From an uncultured virus (IMG/VR IMGVR_UViG_3300024348_000021) (taxonomy: Duplodnaviria; Heunggongvirae; Uroviricota; Caudoviricetes), in IMG/VR virus record IMGVR_UViG_3300024348_000021: 64,000 nucleotides of DNA. One strand, written 5' to 3'. Made by a program: the position numbers and the translations under genes. This document shows positions 45,236-54,900 of this stretch, piece by piece. Below the pieces are notes generated by a model that had not been told where the DNA came from, did not search any database, and saw nothing but the letters and a program-made list of their open reading frames with translations. Within the stretch, counting starts at the first letter, position 1; each line of letters starts with the position of its first letter.

Positions 45236-46519
45236 TTATAAATTATCTATTTTTTTGTTTAGTTCCTGTAAAGCTTTTAAAGCAACACCTATACTGTTAG
45301 TGATATCCATTTTATCATGATTTGGACCTGCAAATTCTTCAGCTGTATCATCTGCAATGAATCCTAACTTTACATGATTATACATTGGATTCTCAAGTTC
45401 ATATTCAACTATATCTACAGTGTTTATTAAATCAACTGCACATGCTTGATAAGGTTTAATATCTGTCTTATATATTGATGAAGATGTACCAAAGTAGTTA
45501 CTAGAACCTACTACGCCAGCAGAAACCCAGTTACCATTACTATACCAATATGCTCCTTGATTAGCACTACATGCTGCTTGATTTTGAATTCTCCATCCAC
45601 CACCAGAATAAGCTTCATTCTGAGTAACTGTATTACTAAATTGAACAGCATCTCCTTGGTTAAGTGATTGATTGTAAATTGTCTGAGGGCCTTGTCCACC
45701 TGGAGAGCCTGTAGGGCCTTGTGCACCAGCTGGACCTTGAGCACCCCCTGGACCAGTGCCCCCTTGAGGACCAGTGCCACCTTGTGGACCTCTTGGTCCT
45801 TGTGCTCCTTGTGCTCCTTGTGCTCCTGTTGCACCATTAACACCAGATGTACCACCTGCTCCTTGAGCTCCAGTGGGACCAATTGGCCCTTGTCCACCAG
45901 TAGGACCTGTGGGTCCATTTACTCCTGATCCACCACTTGGACCACTTGCACCAGCTTTACCTGATCCACCACTTGCACCAGCAGATCCAGATGTACCATT
46001 TGATCCTGAGCCACCACTGTTACCAGCTGAGCCTGAATTACCATTTGATCCTTTTCCACCAGCAGCTCCTGATGTTCTACTATTACCAGAACTACCATGA
46101 GCTCCAGCTTTACCACTAGATCCAGATTGACCACGTGTACCTGACGTACCTGTTGTTCCTGCACTACCAGCATCTCCTGATTGACCAGAAGTATTTGACT
46201 TACCTCCTTTACCAGAACTTCCTGATTGACCAGGTGCTCCATCTTTACCTGAGCTTCCACTTTCACCAGCTTTACCTGATGAACCTCCAGAAGCAGATGT
46301 TCCAGAAGAGCCAGGTGTACCAGTTAAGTTAACTGTCCAAGAGCTATATGTACCACTACCTTTCCAAGCAGTGGGAGTAATTGTTATTGAACCTGTTCCT
46401 TTATTATATGACACAACAGTACCAATGACATAGTTATCAGCATCATGGCTTAATTGTACATTATCACCTGCTTGATAAGCTAGCTCAGTATTTATATTAA
46501 AGGTCATGTTAGCTGGCAT
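45236..46519 (-). CDS. fibre protein: N-module + Gly-x-Ser repeat + collagen + S74-like chaperone (paralog 2)
   Basis: Same architecture; SSSIYKTDI...LGFIADD...KALQELN. Confidence 0.8.
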   Translation of the reverse strand: MPANMTFNINTELAYQAGDNVQLSHDADNYVIGTVVSYNKGTGSITITPTAWKGSGTYSSWTVNLTGTPGSSGTSASGGSSGKAGESGSSGKDGAPGQSGSSGKGGKSNTSGQSGDAGSAGTTGTSGTRGQSGSSGKAGAHGSSGNSRTSGAAGGKGSNGNSGSAGNSGGSGSNGTSGSAGASGGSGKAGASGPSGGSGVNGPTGPTGGQGPIGPTGAQGAGGTSGVNGATGAQGAQGAQGPRGPQGGTGPQGGTGPGGAQGPAGAQGPTGSPGGQGPQTIYNQSLNQGDAVQFSNTVTQNEAYSGGGWRIQNQAACSANQGAYWYSNGNWVSAGVVGSSNYFGTSSSIYKTDIKPYQACAVDLINTVDIVEYELENPMYNHVKLGFIADDTAEEFAGPNHDKMDITNSIGVALKALQELNKKIDNL

Positions 46520-47828
46520 TGTTCTTCTTATTTTGTAGGTTTACAATTCTTGCGTCAATCTCTTGTATAGCTTTTAAAACAAATGCTAAGGTACAACTTA
46601 TTTCCATTTGATTTTTTGAATCAGTGGATAATTCTTTAGGAGTATTTTCAGCAATAAATCCTATTCTCTTATCCTCATCACATTGTTCTATCTCTAAATT
46701 ATAAGATACTATATCAACTTGTTTTAATAAATCCACTGCAGAAGGAGCATATGATTGGATGTTAGTCTTAGTATCTCTAGTTGATGTAATATAAAAACTA
46801 GCAGCACCTAATGATGCAGGAGTATACCAACCTGGACCAAAGCCTGTCCAACCTGCACCTTGATTTGCACCTTGCACAAATTGCTTATAGTTATTAAAAT
46901 ATGTTCTATAATTTATTGTAGGAGCAACAGCACCAGCAAAGTTTGTAAAAACCATTGTTGGGCCTGCGTTAATATTCAAATTTTGATTATATGAAGCAGA
47001 TGTACCTGTTGGTCCCTGAGCTCCAGTAGCTCCAGTTGGGCCTTGCCCTCCAGTAGGTCCTTGAGGTCCTTGTGGACCTGGAGCACCTGCAGCACCTGGT
47101 GGACCTTGTCCACCAGCAGGACCTGTTGGACCTTGAGGACCAGTAGCTCCAGAAGATCCAGAAGCACCTTTGCCACCTGTTGCTCCTTGAGGTCCTGTTG
47201 GACCTATAGGTCCTTGAGGTCCTGTAGCTCCACTTGATCCAGAGGTTCCAGTTGTACCAGTAGATCCAGCAGTACCAGTAGATCCAGAGGTTCCTGAACT
47301 ACCACTTGTACCTGATGCACCAGATGTTCCACTTGATGCACTACTTCCACTTGTTCCTGAAGTACCTGCTGTACCAGCAGATCCAGATGTTCCAGTAGAT
47401 CCTGAGTCACCAACTGTTCCTGAACTAGCAGAAGTACCAGAAGATCCACTAGAATTACTTTCTGCAGATGTGCCACTTGTACCTGTAGATCCTGAACTGC
47501 CTTCTGTTCCAGCTGTGCCAGTTGTTCCAGCAGTTCCTGTTGTACCATTTGTACCAGAGGAACCACTTGTTCCAGCTGTACCTGTAGTACCAGATGATCC
47601 TGCAGTTCCAGCACTTCCATTGTATCCAGTGAGGGTTGCTGTCCAGCTACTAAACGTACCTGATCCAACTGCCTCATATGGAGTAACAACTAAATCACCA
47701 GTGGCTGGGTTGTAAGATACAACCCTACCAGTGATGTAGTTATTTGAATTAGCTGCAACTTTGACAAAGTCATCCACTTTGAATGCACGACCTGTGGTGA
47801 TATTGAATGTTATATTACTGTAAGGCAT
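46509..47828 (-). CDS. fibre protein: N-module + GTS repeat + collagen + S74-like chaperone (paralog 1)
   Basis: Same architecture; STRDTKTNI...IGFIAEN...KAIQEID. Confidence 0.8.
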   Translation of the reverse strand: MPYSNITFNITTGRAFKVDDFVKVAANSNNYITGRVVSYNPATGDLVVTPYEAVGSGTFSSWTATLTGYNGSAGTAGSSGTTGTAGTSGSSGTNGTTGTAGTTGTAGTEGSSGSTGTSGTSAESNSSGSSGTSASSGTVGDSGSTGTSGSAGTAGTSGTSGSSASSGTSGASGTSGSSGTSGSTGTAGSTGTTGTSGSSGATGPQGPIGPTGPQGATGGKGASGSSGATGPQGPTGPAGGQGPPGAAGAPGPQGPQGPTGGQGPTGATGAQGPTGTSASYNQNLNINAGPTMVFTNFAGAVAPTINYRTYFNNYKQFVQGANQGAGWTGFGPGWYTPASLGAASFYITSTRDTKTNIQSYAPSAVDLLKQVDIVSYNLEIEQCDEDKRIGFIAENTPKELSTDSKNQMEISCTLAFVLKAIQEIDARIVNLQNKKNNAS

Positions 47829-47837
47829 ATATATTTA

Positions 47838-49181
47838 TTAAGCAGGAGGTAATGTTTCTGTTGTACCACTTGTTCCTGAGTATATTGTTGTTTCACCTGA
47901 TGTTGCTGCAGTTCCAGAAGAAGCACTTGTACCTGCTGAGGCACTTGTGCCAGATGTCCCACTTGATCCACTTGACGCAGACGTTCCATTAGTACCAGAT
48001 GTTCCACTAGTACCAGAGCTTCCATCAGTACCTGATGTACCACTTGAACCTGATGTACCACTAGTTCCAGATGAACCATTTGTTCCTGATGTAGCATCTT
48101 GTCCACTTGTACCAGCAGATGCTGAAGTACCTGCAGTACCTGAGCTACCACTTACACCAATAACGTTAAAATAGAATACATCATTAACATCTGGATCAGG
48201 ACCTGCAGAAGCAATCTGTGAAACAGAGAATTGCTCAAAGCCAGGCTCCAATGGATCTCTTGCTGTAATTAATAATATTTTATATGTATTCTTATCATCA
48301 TTCTTAACTATCTTAAGAACTGTATTAGGTTGTAAATAGTCAAGGTAAGATGAGAAGTTAATTGCTGGGTCATAAGATATGTTGTCAATAGCAATGCTTG
48401 TTGTAGTTGTACCCCAAGTTAAGCCACTGCTTAGAGCAAAGAAACCACTGCCTGGATCTGTTCCTGTGTTTGTAGAACTAGATAATCTCCAAGTAGCTAA
48501 GTTACCATCCAAACCTTGCAAACCAGAAGTACCTGATGTACCATCACCTCCAGCAGCACCACCTAAGTTCACTTGCCATGCTGTGTATGTACCAGAACCA
48601 GCAGTAGCACTAACGCTAACTGACATGGCACCTGTACCTGCGTCATATGATAACACATCACCACCCATACTATTACTTATGTCATAAGCAATAACTACCA
48701 CCTGTCCTACAGTGTACGCTAACCCTGTACCAACAGTTAAGTTTTGTGTACCAGTTCCTATTGTTAAGCTACTAACTGATGTTGTTTTGTATAAGTCTCC
48801 AGAAAGACCTGCTGTACCAGAAGATCCACTTGTACCAGAAAGACCAGAAGTTCCAGCAGTTCCACTAGAACCATTGGTTCCTGAGCTACCATCTGTTCCA
48901 CTGGAACCATTTGTTCCACTAGATCCATTGGTTCCACTAGAACCATCAGTGCCAGATGTTCCACTTGATCCTGGTATACCTGAACCAATTACAGTCCAAC
49001 TAGTATATGTACCACTACCAACATAGTTTGTTGGTTCAAATACTAAGATTCCTGTAATTGAATCATATGTAACCACTTGACCATATAAGAAATTATTCTC
49101 ATCATTGATCACTTGGATGTACTGACCAAGAACAAAGTTCAAATTAGGTTGTACTGTTATTGTAATATTAGCGTAAGGCAT
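47838..49181 (-). CDS. GTS-repeat fibre protein with two copies of the shared module
   Basis: Three GTS tracts separated by globular domains. Confidence 0.75.
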   Translation of the reverse strand: MPYANITITVQPNLNFVLGQYIQVINDENNFLYGQVVTYDSITGILVFEPTNYVGSGTYTSWTVIGSGIPGSSGTSGTDGSSGTNGSSGTNGSSGTDGSSGTNGSSGTAGTSGLSGTSGSSGTAGLSGDLYKTTSVSSLTIGTGTQNLTVGTGLAYTVGQVVVIAYDISNSMGGDVLSYDAGTGAMSVSVSATAGSGTYTAWQVNLGGAAGGDGTSGTSGLQGLDGNLATWRLSSSTNTGTDPGSGFFALSSGLTWGTTTTSIAIDNISYDPAINFSSYLDYLQPNTVLKIVKNDDKNTYKILLITARDPLEPGFEQFSVSQIASAGPDPDVNDVFYFNVIGVSGSSGTAGTSASAGTSGQDATSGTNGSSGTSGTSGSSGTSGTDGSSGTSGTSGTNGTSASSGSSGTSGTSASAGTSASSGTAATSGETTIYSGTSGTTETLPPA

Positions 49182-49204
49182 TTATATTTATTTTATATTT
49201 TTAT

Positions 49205-51790
49205 TTATATTGCACAAGTTGCAGAACAATCTGTTCCAGCTGATGCAGCTGTACTAAGATCAACAATAGGTGTTCCAGCTGGAGCTCCAAAGTTAACTTG
49301 GTAAACATAACCATCACCTATATTGTAATAATCTCCATTAGTTAATAATACTGTAGAAACTGCAAGTATTGATGGTGCAAATAGTGTACATCCTGGACAG
49401 TTATATTGATCTACATTATAGTAGTATACAGGTGCTGCTGTTGTTGTAGTAGATGTTGTAGATGTTGTACTTGTTGTTGTTGTAGCTTCAGCAGGAGGAA
49501 TAGTGATTGAATCTCCAGATGTACCTAATGTACTTGTTGATGTACCAGAAGTTCCTGTTGTACCTGTTGTACCAGCAGTACCTGCTGTTCCACTAGATCC
49601 ATCAGTTCCAGTTGTACCAGCAGTTCCACTTGAACCATTAGTACCTGAAGTTCCACTAGTGCCTGAACTTCCATCAGTTCCACTTGTTCCACTTGTACCA
49701 CTTGATCCATCTGTACCTGTTGTTCCACTTGTTCCACTAGAGCCATCTGTACCAGAGGTACCAGAAGAGCCATCTGTTCCTGAAGAACCATCTGTACCTG
49801 TTGTACCTGAGGTTCCACTAGATGCAGATGTTCCTGATGAACCATCAGTACCAGCTGTTCCAGCTGTACCACTAGAACCTGAAGTTCCACTTGATCCATC
49901 AGTGCCACTTGTACCTGAACTACCATCAGTTCCTGAACTACCATCAGTGCCAGAAGTTCCAGACGAACCATCTGTACCACTTGTTCCTGCAGTTCCAGAT
50001 GAACCTGAGGTTCCACTAGAAGCTGAAGTACCACTTGATGCAGAAGTACCACTAGAACCATCTGTTCCAGTTGTACCACTAGTACCACTTGAGCCATCAG
50101 TTCCAGTTGTACCTGACGTACCTGTTGTACCACTTGTTCCTGTAGTGCCACTTGTACCAGAAGAACCAGAGGTACCTGTTGAACCTGACGAACCAGAAGT
50201 TCCAGATGATGCAGATGTACCACTTGATCCATCTGTAGCAGATGTTCCAGATGTTCCAGAAGAAGCAGACGTACCAGACGTTCCACTTACTGCCACACCA
50301 ATTTGTTTAGCGTATGCAGTTACTGCTGGAGCAGCAGGAGATAAATATGGACTGATTAATTGAGGAATTGCTTTGATCCTAGCAGTGCTATCGTCACAAG
50401 CAAAATACCACTCAATATAATCACCTGGTAGTAAGTTTATAATTTGTGCTGTATGTGGTAATTGTTCTACTTCTTGACCAACAAGTTCAATAGAAACTTT
50501 ACTATTAGCTAAATCAGAACCATTAAGTCTTAACCATACATTTAATGTAGCACTACCAGGAGTTTGTTTATCAACAATTGCTGTGAATGCAAACTCATAT
50601 TGTCCAGGATATGCTACTACCAATCTTGATCCCAAGACATTTGTAATACCATATGATAATTCTGTATTTGTATAATACCAAGCTGTTGGTGTATTCGCAG
50701 CACTAACTTGTTGAGATACTGAAGAATACCACTGACCATACCAGTTAGCAATGGCTGTACCAGAGCTACCATCTGCACCAGATGTGCCTGAAGTACCAGA
50801 TGTTCCAGGAACACCAGAAGTACCAGCTGTTGCTGATGTACCATTAGTACCAGACGTACCACCTGATCCTGTTGATCCTGTACCTCCTGAAGTACCAGAA
50901 GTACCTGTAATACCACTAGAACCATTGGTACCACTAGAGCCATTTGTTCCACTTGATCCACTAGTTGCACTTGATCCAGAAGATCCTGAGGTTCCTGTAG
51001 ATCCAGATGTACCAGAGCTTCCACTTGTACCACTAGAACCATCACCACCTGCTGCTCCAGCTAAGTTAACTGACCATACTGAGTATGTGCCAGAACCAGC
51101 AACGTCTGTAGGAGTATCAAAAGTCAACACTCCTGTAGTAGGATTATAAGAAATTATCTCAGAAGTTTGGTGATTGCTTGAGTTATATGCTATGATTACG
51201 TTCTGTGCTGCTGTATAAGCTAAGCCTAATCCAATAACAATAGAACCTGCAGCACCTAATGTAAATGTGCTACTAGATATAGTTGCATATCTGTCACCTG
51301 AAATACCAGAAGAACCTGCTGTTCCTGAGCTAGCAGATGTTCCACTAGATGCAGAAGATCCAGACGTACCACTAGAGCCTGAGCTACCAGATGTAGCAGA
51401 GGTTCCTGATGTACCATTATTTCCACTAGAGCCAGAACTGCCTGATGAACCTGATGTTCCAGCAGTACCATTCTTTCCAGAGCTACCAGAGCTTCCTGAT
51501 GTACCAGCTGTACCTGAATTACCAGAGCTAGCAGAAGTACCAGCAGTTCCTGAAGTGCCTGACTTACCACTAGAACCTGCTGTTCCAGATGTGCCATTCT
51601 TTCCAGAGGAACCAGAGGTACCAGACGTACCATAGCCAGCTGATGCAAAAGCTGCATCAATCTTCTCTAATGCTGTTTGTAAATTGTCGTTAGTATTAAT
51701 ACCAGAGTATACAAGGTATGGGCCTTCGTAGAATACGCAGGTCGAATCCAGTATTACTGGGCAAGGGATTGCTTGACAGGTGACGTTCAT
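49205..51790 (-). CDS. large GTS-repeat fibre protein with C1q-like domain, poly-Thr segment and Cys-rich ends
   Basis: N-terminal CPVILDSTCVFYEG...LEKID, long GTS tracts, shared module, VWLRLNGSD...GDYIEW domain, TTTTSTTSTTSTTTT, C-terminal C..C motifs. Confidence 0.75.
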   Translation of the reverse strand: MNVTCQAIPCPVILDSTCVFYEGPYLVYSGINTNDNLQTALEKIDAAFASAGYGTSGTSGSSGKNGTSGTAGSSGKSGTSGTAGTSASSGNSGTAGTSGSSGSSGKNGTAGTSGSSGSSGSSGNNGTSGTSATSGSSGSSGTSGSSASSGTSASSGTAGSSGISGDRYATISSSTFTLGAAGSIVIGLGLAYTAAQNVIIAYNSSNHQTSEIISYNPTTGVLTFDTPTDVAGSGTYSVWSVNLAGAAGGDGSSGTSGSSGTSGSTGTSGSSGSSATSGSSGTNGSSGTNGSSGITGTSGTSGGTGSTGSGGTSGTNGTSATAGTSGVPGTSGTSGTSGADGSSGTAIANWYGQWYSSVSQQVSAANTPTAWYYTNTELSYGITNVLGSRLVVAYPGQYEFAFTAIVDKQTPGSATLNVWLRLNGSDLANSKVSIELVGQEVEQLPHTAQIINLLPGDYIEWYFACDDSTARIKAIPQLISPYLSPAAPAVTAYAKQIGVAVSGTSGTSASSGTSGTSATDGSSGTSASSGTSGSSGSTGTSGSSGTSGTTGTSGTTGTSGTTGTDGSSGTSGTTGTDGSSGTSASSGTSASSGTSGSSGTAGTSGTDGSSGTSGTDGSSGTDGSSGTSGTDGSSGTSGSSGTAGTAGTDGSSGTSASSGTSGTTGTDGSSGTDGSSGTSGTDGSSGTSGTTGTDGSSGTSGTSGTDGSSGTSGTSGTNGSSGTAGTTGTDGSSGTAGTAGTTGTTGTSGTSTSTLGTSGDSITIPPAEATTTTSTTSTTSTTTTAAPVYYYNVDQYNCPGCTLFAPSILAVSTVLLTNGDYYNIGDGYVYQVNFGAPAGTPIVDLSTAASAGTDCSATCAI

Positions 51791-51850
51791 GTTTTTAGAT
51801 TGTAATGTTATAACAATTTTTTGCTATACATATGTGTATGATATACAAGA

Positions 51851-51922
51851 AGGTGCATAACTAGCCATAGCATATGCACCTGTATTAGCAAAAATAGTGA
51901 ATTTAATTTATTTTCAATGAGT
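51851..51922 (-). promoter_or_regulatory. Bacteroidota-type promoter with 5' hairpin upstream of the fibre cluster
   Basis: Minus strand ACTCATTG-N18-TATTTTTG (51889-51922), then an AGGTGCATA/TATGCACCT stem. Confidence 0.5.
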
Positions 51923-51955
51923 TAGGAAAAGTATTACTACATAATATAGCAATAA

Positions 51956-54900
51956 CTATCTAACAAATCCATATTGTGCTTGGGCCCTAATTCCTAGGTC
52001 TTTGGCTGCTTGAGGATAGAACATTGGTAACCAAGATGCAAACTGATTCAAACCAGGAACAGCTTTCATACCATATTTAAGTACAAAGTTTTTATCTGCA
52101 GCTTTTTCATCTCCTGTAACTATGTAGTAGTTTTCTAACATGAAATTGTTAAAGAACTTTACATAGTTTTCAATAAGACCTTTTGCTGGGAAGAAACCTT
52201 GTGAAACTAGATTAAGTATGCTTGTAGGATTGTAGAAATATAAAAGCTCATCCTTAAGTTTATCTGTTGCTTTGACAAAGAATCTGTGTTGGTTTTTGCT
52301 AAGCTCATCATCATCTGGAGCGTATGCTTTAACTCCAGCATATAAAGAAACTAATGTTAATAAGAAGATGGTATCAAGTAACTGAGCCTTAACATTCTTT
52401 ACATTTAAATCCATGAATGCCACTTCATCCATTTCTAGTTCCTTACCTGTATCTGATTCATAGTCAGCCTTTTTCTTTTCAAAAAGCTTTCTCATAAAGT
52501 CTACACCTTTCTCATTACCTTGTAGTGTGTTGTATAGATTTGATAATGAACCTCTTATATCTTCAGACATAATTCTAAATACATTTCTCATTCTTCCCCA
52601 CTCATAGGCATCAGATCCAGCGTTGAATTTTAAGTTACCATATCTTACATCTACAAGTCTAGGAATCCAGTTCTTAAATAACATGAAAGACTTACCATAT
52701 ATATTTAGGTTAATCTTTCTAATATCATCTTCAGATAAGTTACCTAATGCAGCTTTACTTAAAGACTGCACTTTTCTTCTTAATTCTAATACGCTATCAG
52801 AAGATCTTTCTACACCAGGGATTTCTAATTTACCATCTTTAATAGTAGCAACCTTCATGATTCCTTTATCTTCAATTAGCTTTTTAACATCATCTTCAAA
52901 CTTCTGTTTGAAAGCTTTTTGTTCTTCAGCTGTTCCTTGATATTTCTTTTGATAGTCTGGTTGCTTTCTTAAATACTCTCTAGCATTTACCACCTCACCA
53001 TCTACTATAATAGTATTACTTAAGAAGCTAAAGAAGTTAGCTGACTGTACATACAAGTCTGACTTTCTCATCAAGATCATTAAAAACTCTTGGATGTTCT
53101 CCTGACTTAACTTACTAATAGATAATGTCTTAGCAATTTCTTTATTATAATTATCTGTTAAAGGAAGGAAGTATTCTAATGCTGCAATTCTTTTATCCTT
53201 ATCATTACCAGTCATCTTACCTAACATCATCCAATACTCAGTGGCTGCAAACTCTTCATGTGTAAAGTATGTACCAGCGTTGATAATAGACTGAGCTGTA
53301 CCACCAAACAAGTTAGAAAGAGCTGATAGAACGTTGAATCCTAATGCATTGATTTGATATGTATTATTAATTTGATTAAGTACCTTGTTTACGCTAAACT
53401 GTCTACTAGCTATGTTCTCTGGAAATATTCTACTATTAACACCTAACTTGGCAAGACCATTATTAAGTGATTCACCAAAGTTACCCATCTTACCTAATAA
53501 CTGATCAAAGGTTTCGCTTTCTATATACTTCTGTCCATACACAATACCCTTCACCATATCTTCTAATAGCTGAGTGTTCTCAGTGTTATCTGGTGTATAT
53601 TCTAACTCACCTTTTTCATTTGTTATAGTCTTGCCATATCTAGATGTAGCAATAGCTTTCTTGTTTCTTTCTACACTAATAAGTAATCTAGCTTGTGCTT
53701 CTATATCAGACATTTGTTTAAACTTAATAGCCATCTCATTATAAAGAGCCATGTTTCTAAACAAGTCTGTACTATAATCTGTTTCTAGTTCTCTAGTTAA
53801 ATAGATTGGAACTCTGTTCACTGGTCTACCTGTTAGAGGATCAGTCTCACCATATCCTAAATCACCTTCATCTACAGATATGTTTCTTAAGAACTGTTCA
53901 CCTATAGCTATCTTACCACCAAAGATTAACTTCTCCATCATTCCTTTTCTAACCCAAGGAAGGAATACCCTTGCTTCTTTTGCATGGATATATCCTATAG
54001 ATTGGTAGTAGTTATTTCTTTCTATAATGTAATCATAGAAATCTTTAGCTGGTTTAACGTTCTTAAGTTCTTTCCATTCAGCAGATTCCCATTTCTCTTT
54101 AGGAAACTTCTTAATAAGATCATATTGTAACCACCCAAGACCTTCAGTTGTAGAAGTGTCATACATTCTTTCAGCTTTAGCAATCTCTTGCTGAATAGCT
54201 TTTTCTCTTTCCTCTCCTTCTTCTACTCTAGCCTTTTCATTAATGTATTCAGTTTCTTTCTCAAGTCTTTCTTTTAAGAACTTATTATATTCAGAAATAT
54301 CAATATTGTCTTTAATCCAATCAAAGTTTTTCTCACCTACATTTTTAGTAAGTTCTTTATAAAACTGAGGATCATATTGATCAATTAATTTATTCTCTCC
54401 TTTCTTCATCAAGATATCAAAGTAGTTCTTAGGAATAAGTCCTTTAGACTTAGCCCACTCTTCATATGCAGTTTGAAGAGTTTGTAATTTTTTAGTTTCA
54501 TCAAGTGTTTGCTGAGCACCTATACCAAATGCTTTGTTTGCCATTCTATATAAAACCTGTATAGCCTTAACCTGTGTTATTGATGTAGAAGAAAACCACT
54601 TGGCAAACCCTCTAACAATCTTCTCAGGTTTAAGTATATCAGATATACCTTGTCTATTAGCAACAATTTTATCAGCAAACTCATCCATTACTTCTAATAG
54701 TTCTGTATTTAGATCCCTAGCATTATCAGCAGCATCTCTTAAGTCTTCTCTTAATTTCTTATCTTCTTCAGATAACTCTCCTTGGAATAAGAATTTAAGA
54801 TCTGTATCTAATGTAGCATAAGTTTGAATAGCTTCTTGTGCTCCTATAATTGAATCAGTGAATTCATCTATTTCTTCCATAGAGAAAGACTTAGGATCTG

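Noticed and set aside
43556..47828. Diversity-generating retroelement or invertible shufflon acting on the fibre tips
   Set aside because: No reverse transcriptase, recombinase, adenine-variant template repeat or inverted crossover sites were seen; all paralogs are co-oriented full genes.
43635..51660. Many long alternative-frame and antisense ORFs (VPLVPEVP..., LVLQVHQ...) over the fibre genes
   Set aside because: By-products of Gly-Thr-Ser codon periodicity, which leaves other frames stop-free; they have no independent starts or domain content.
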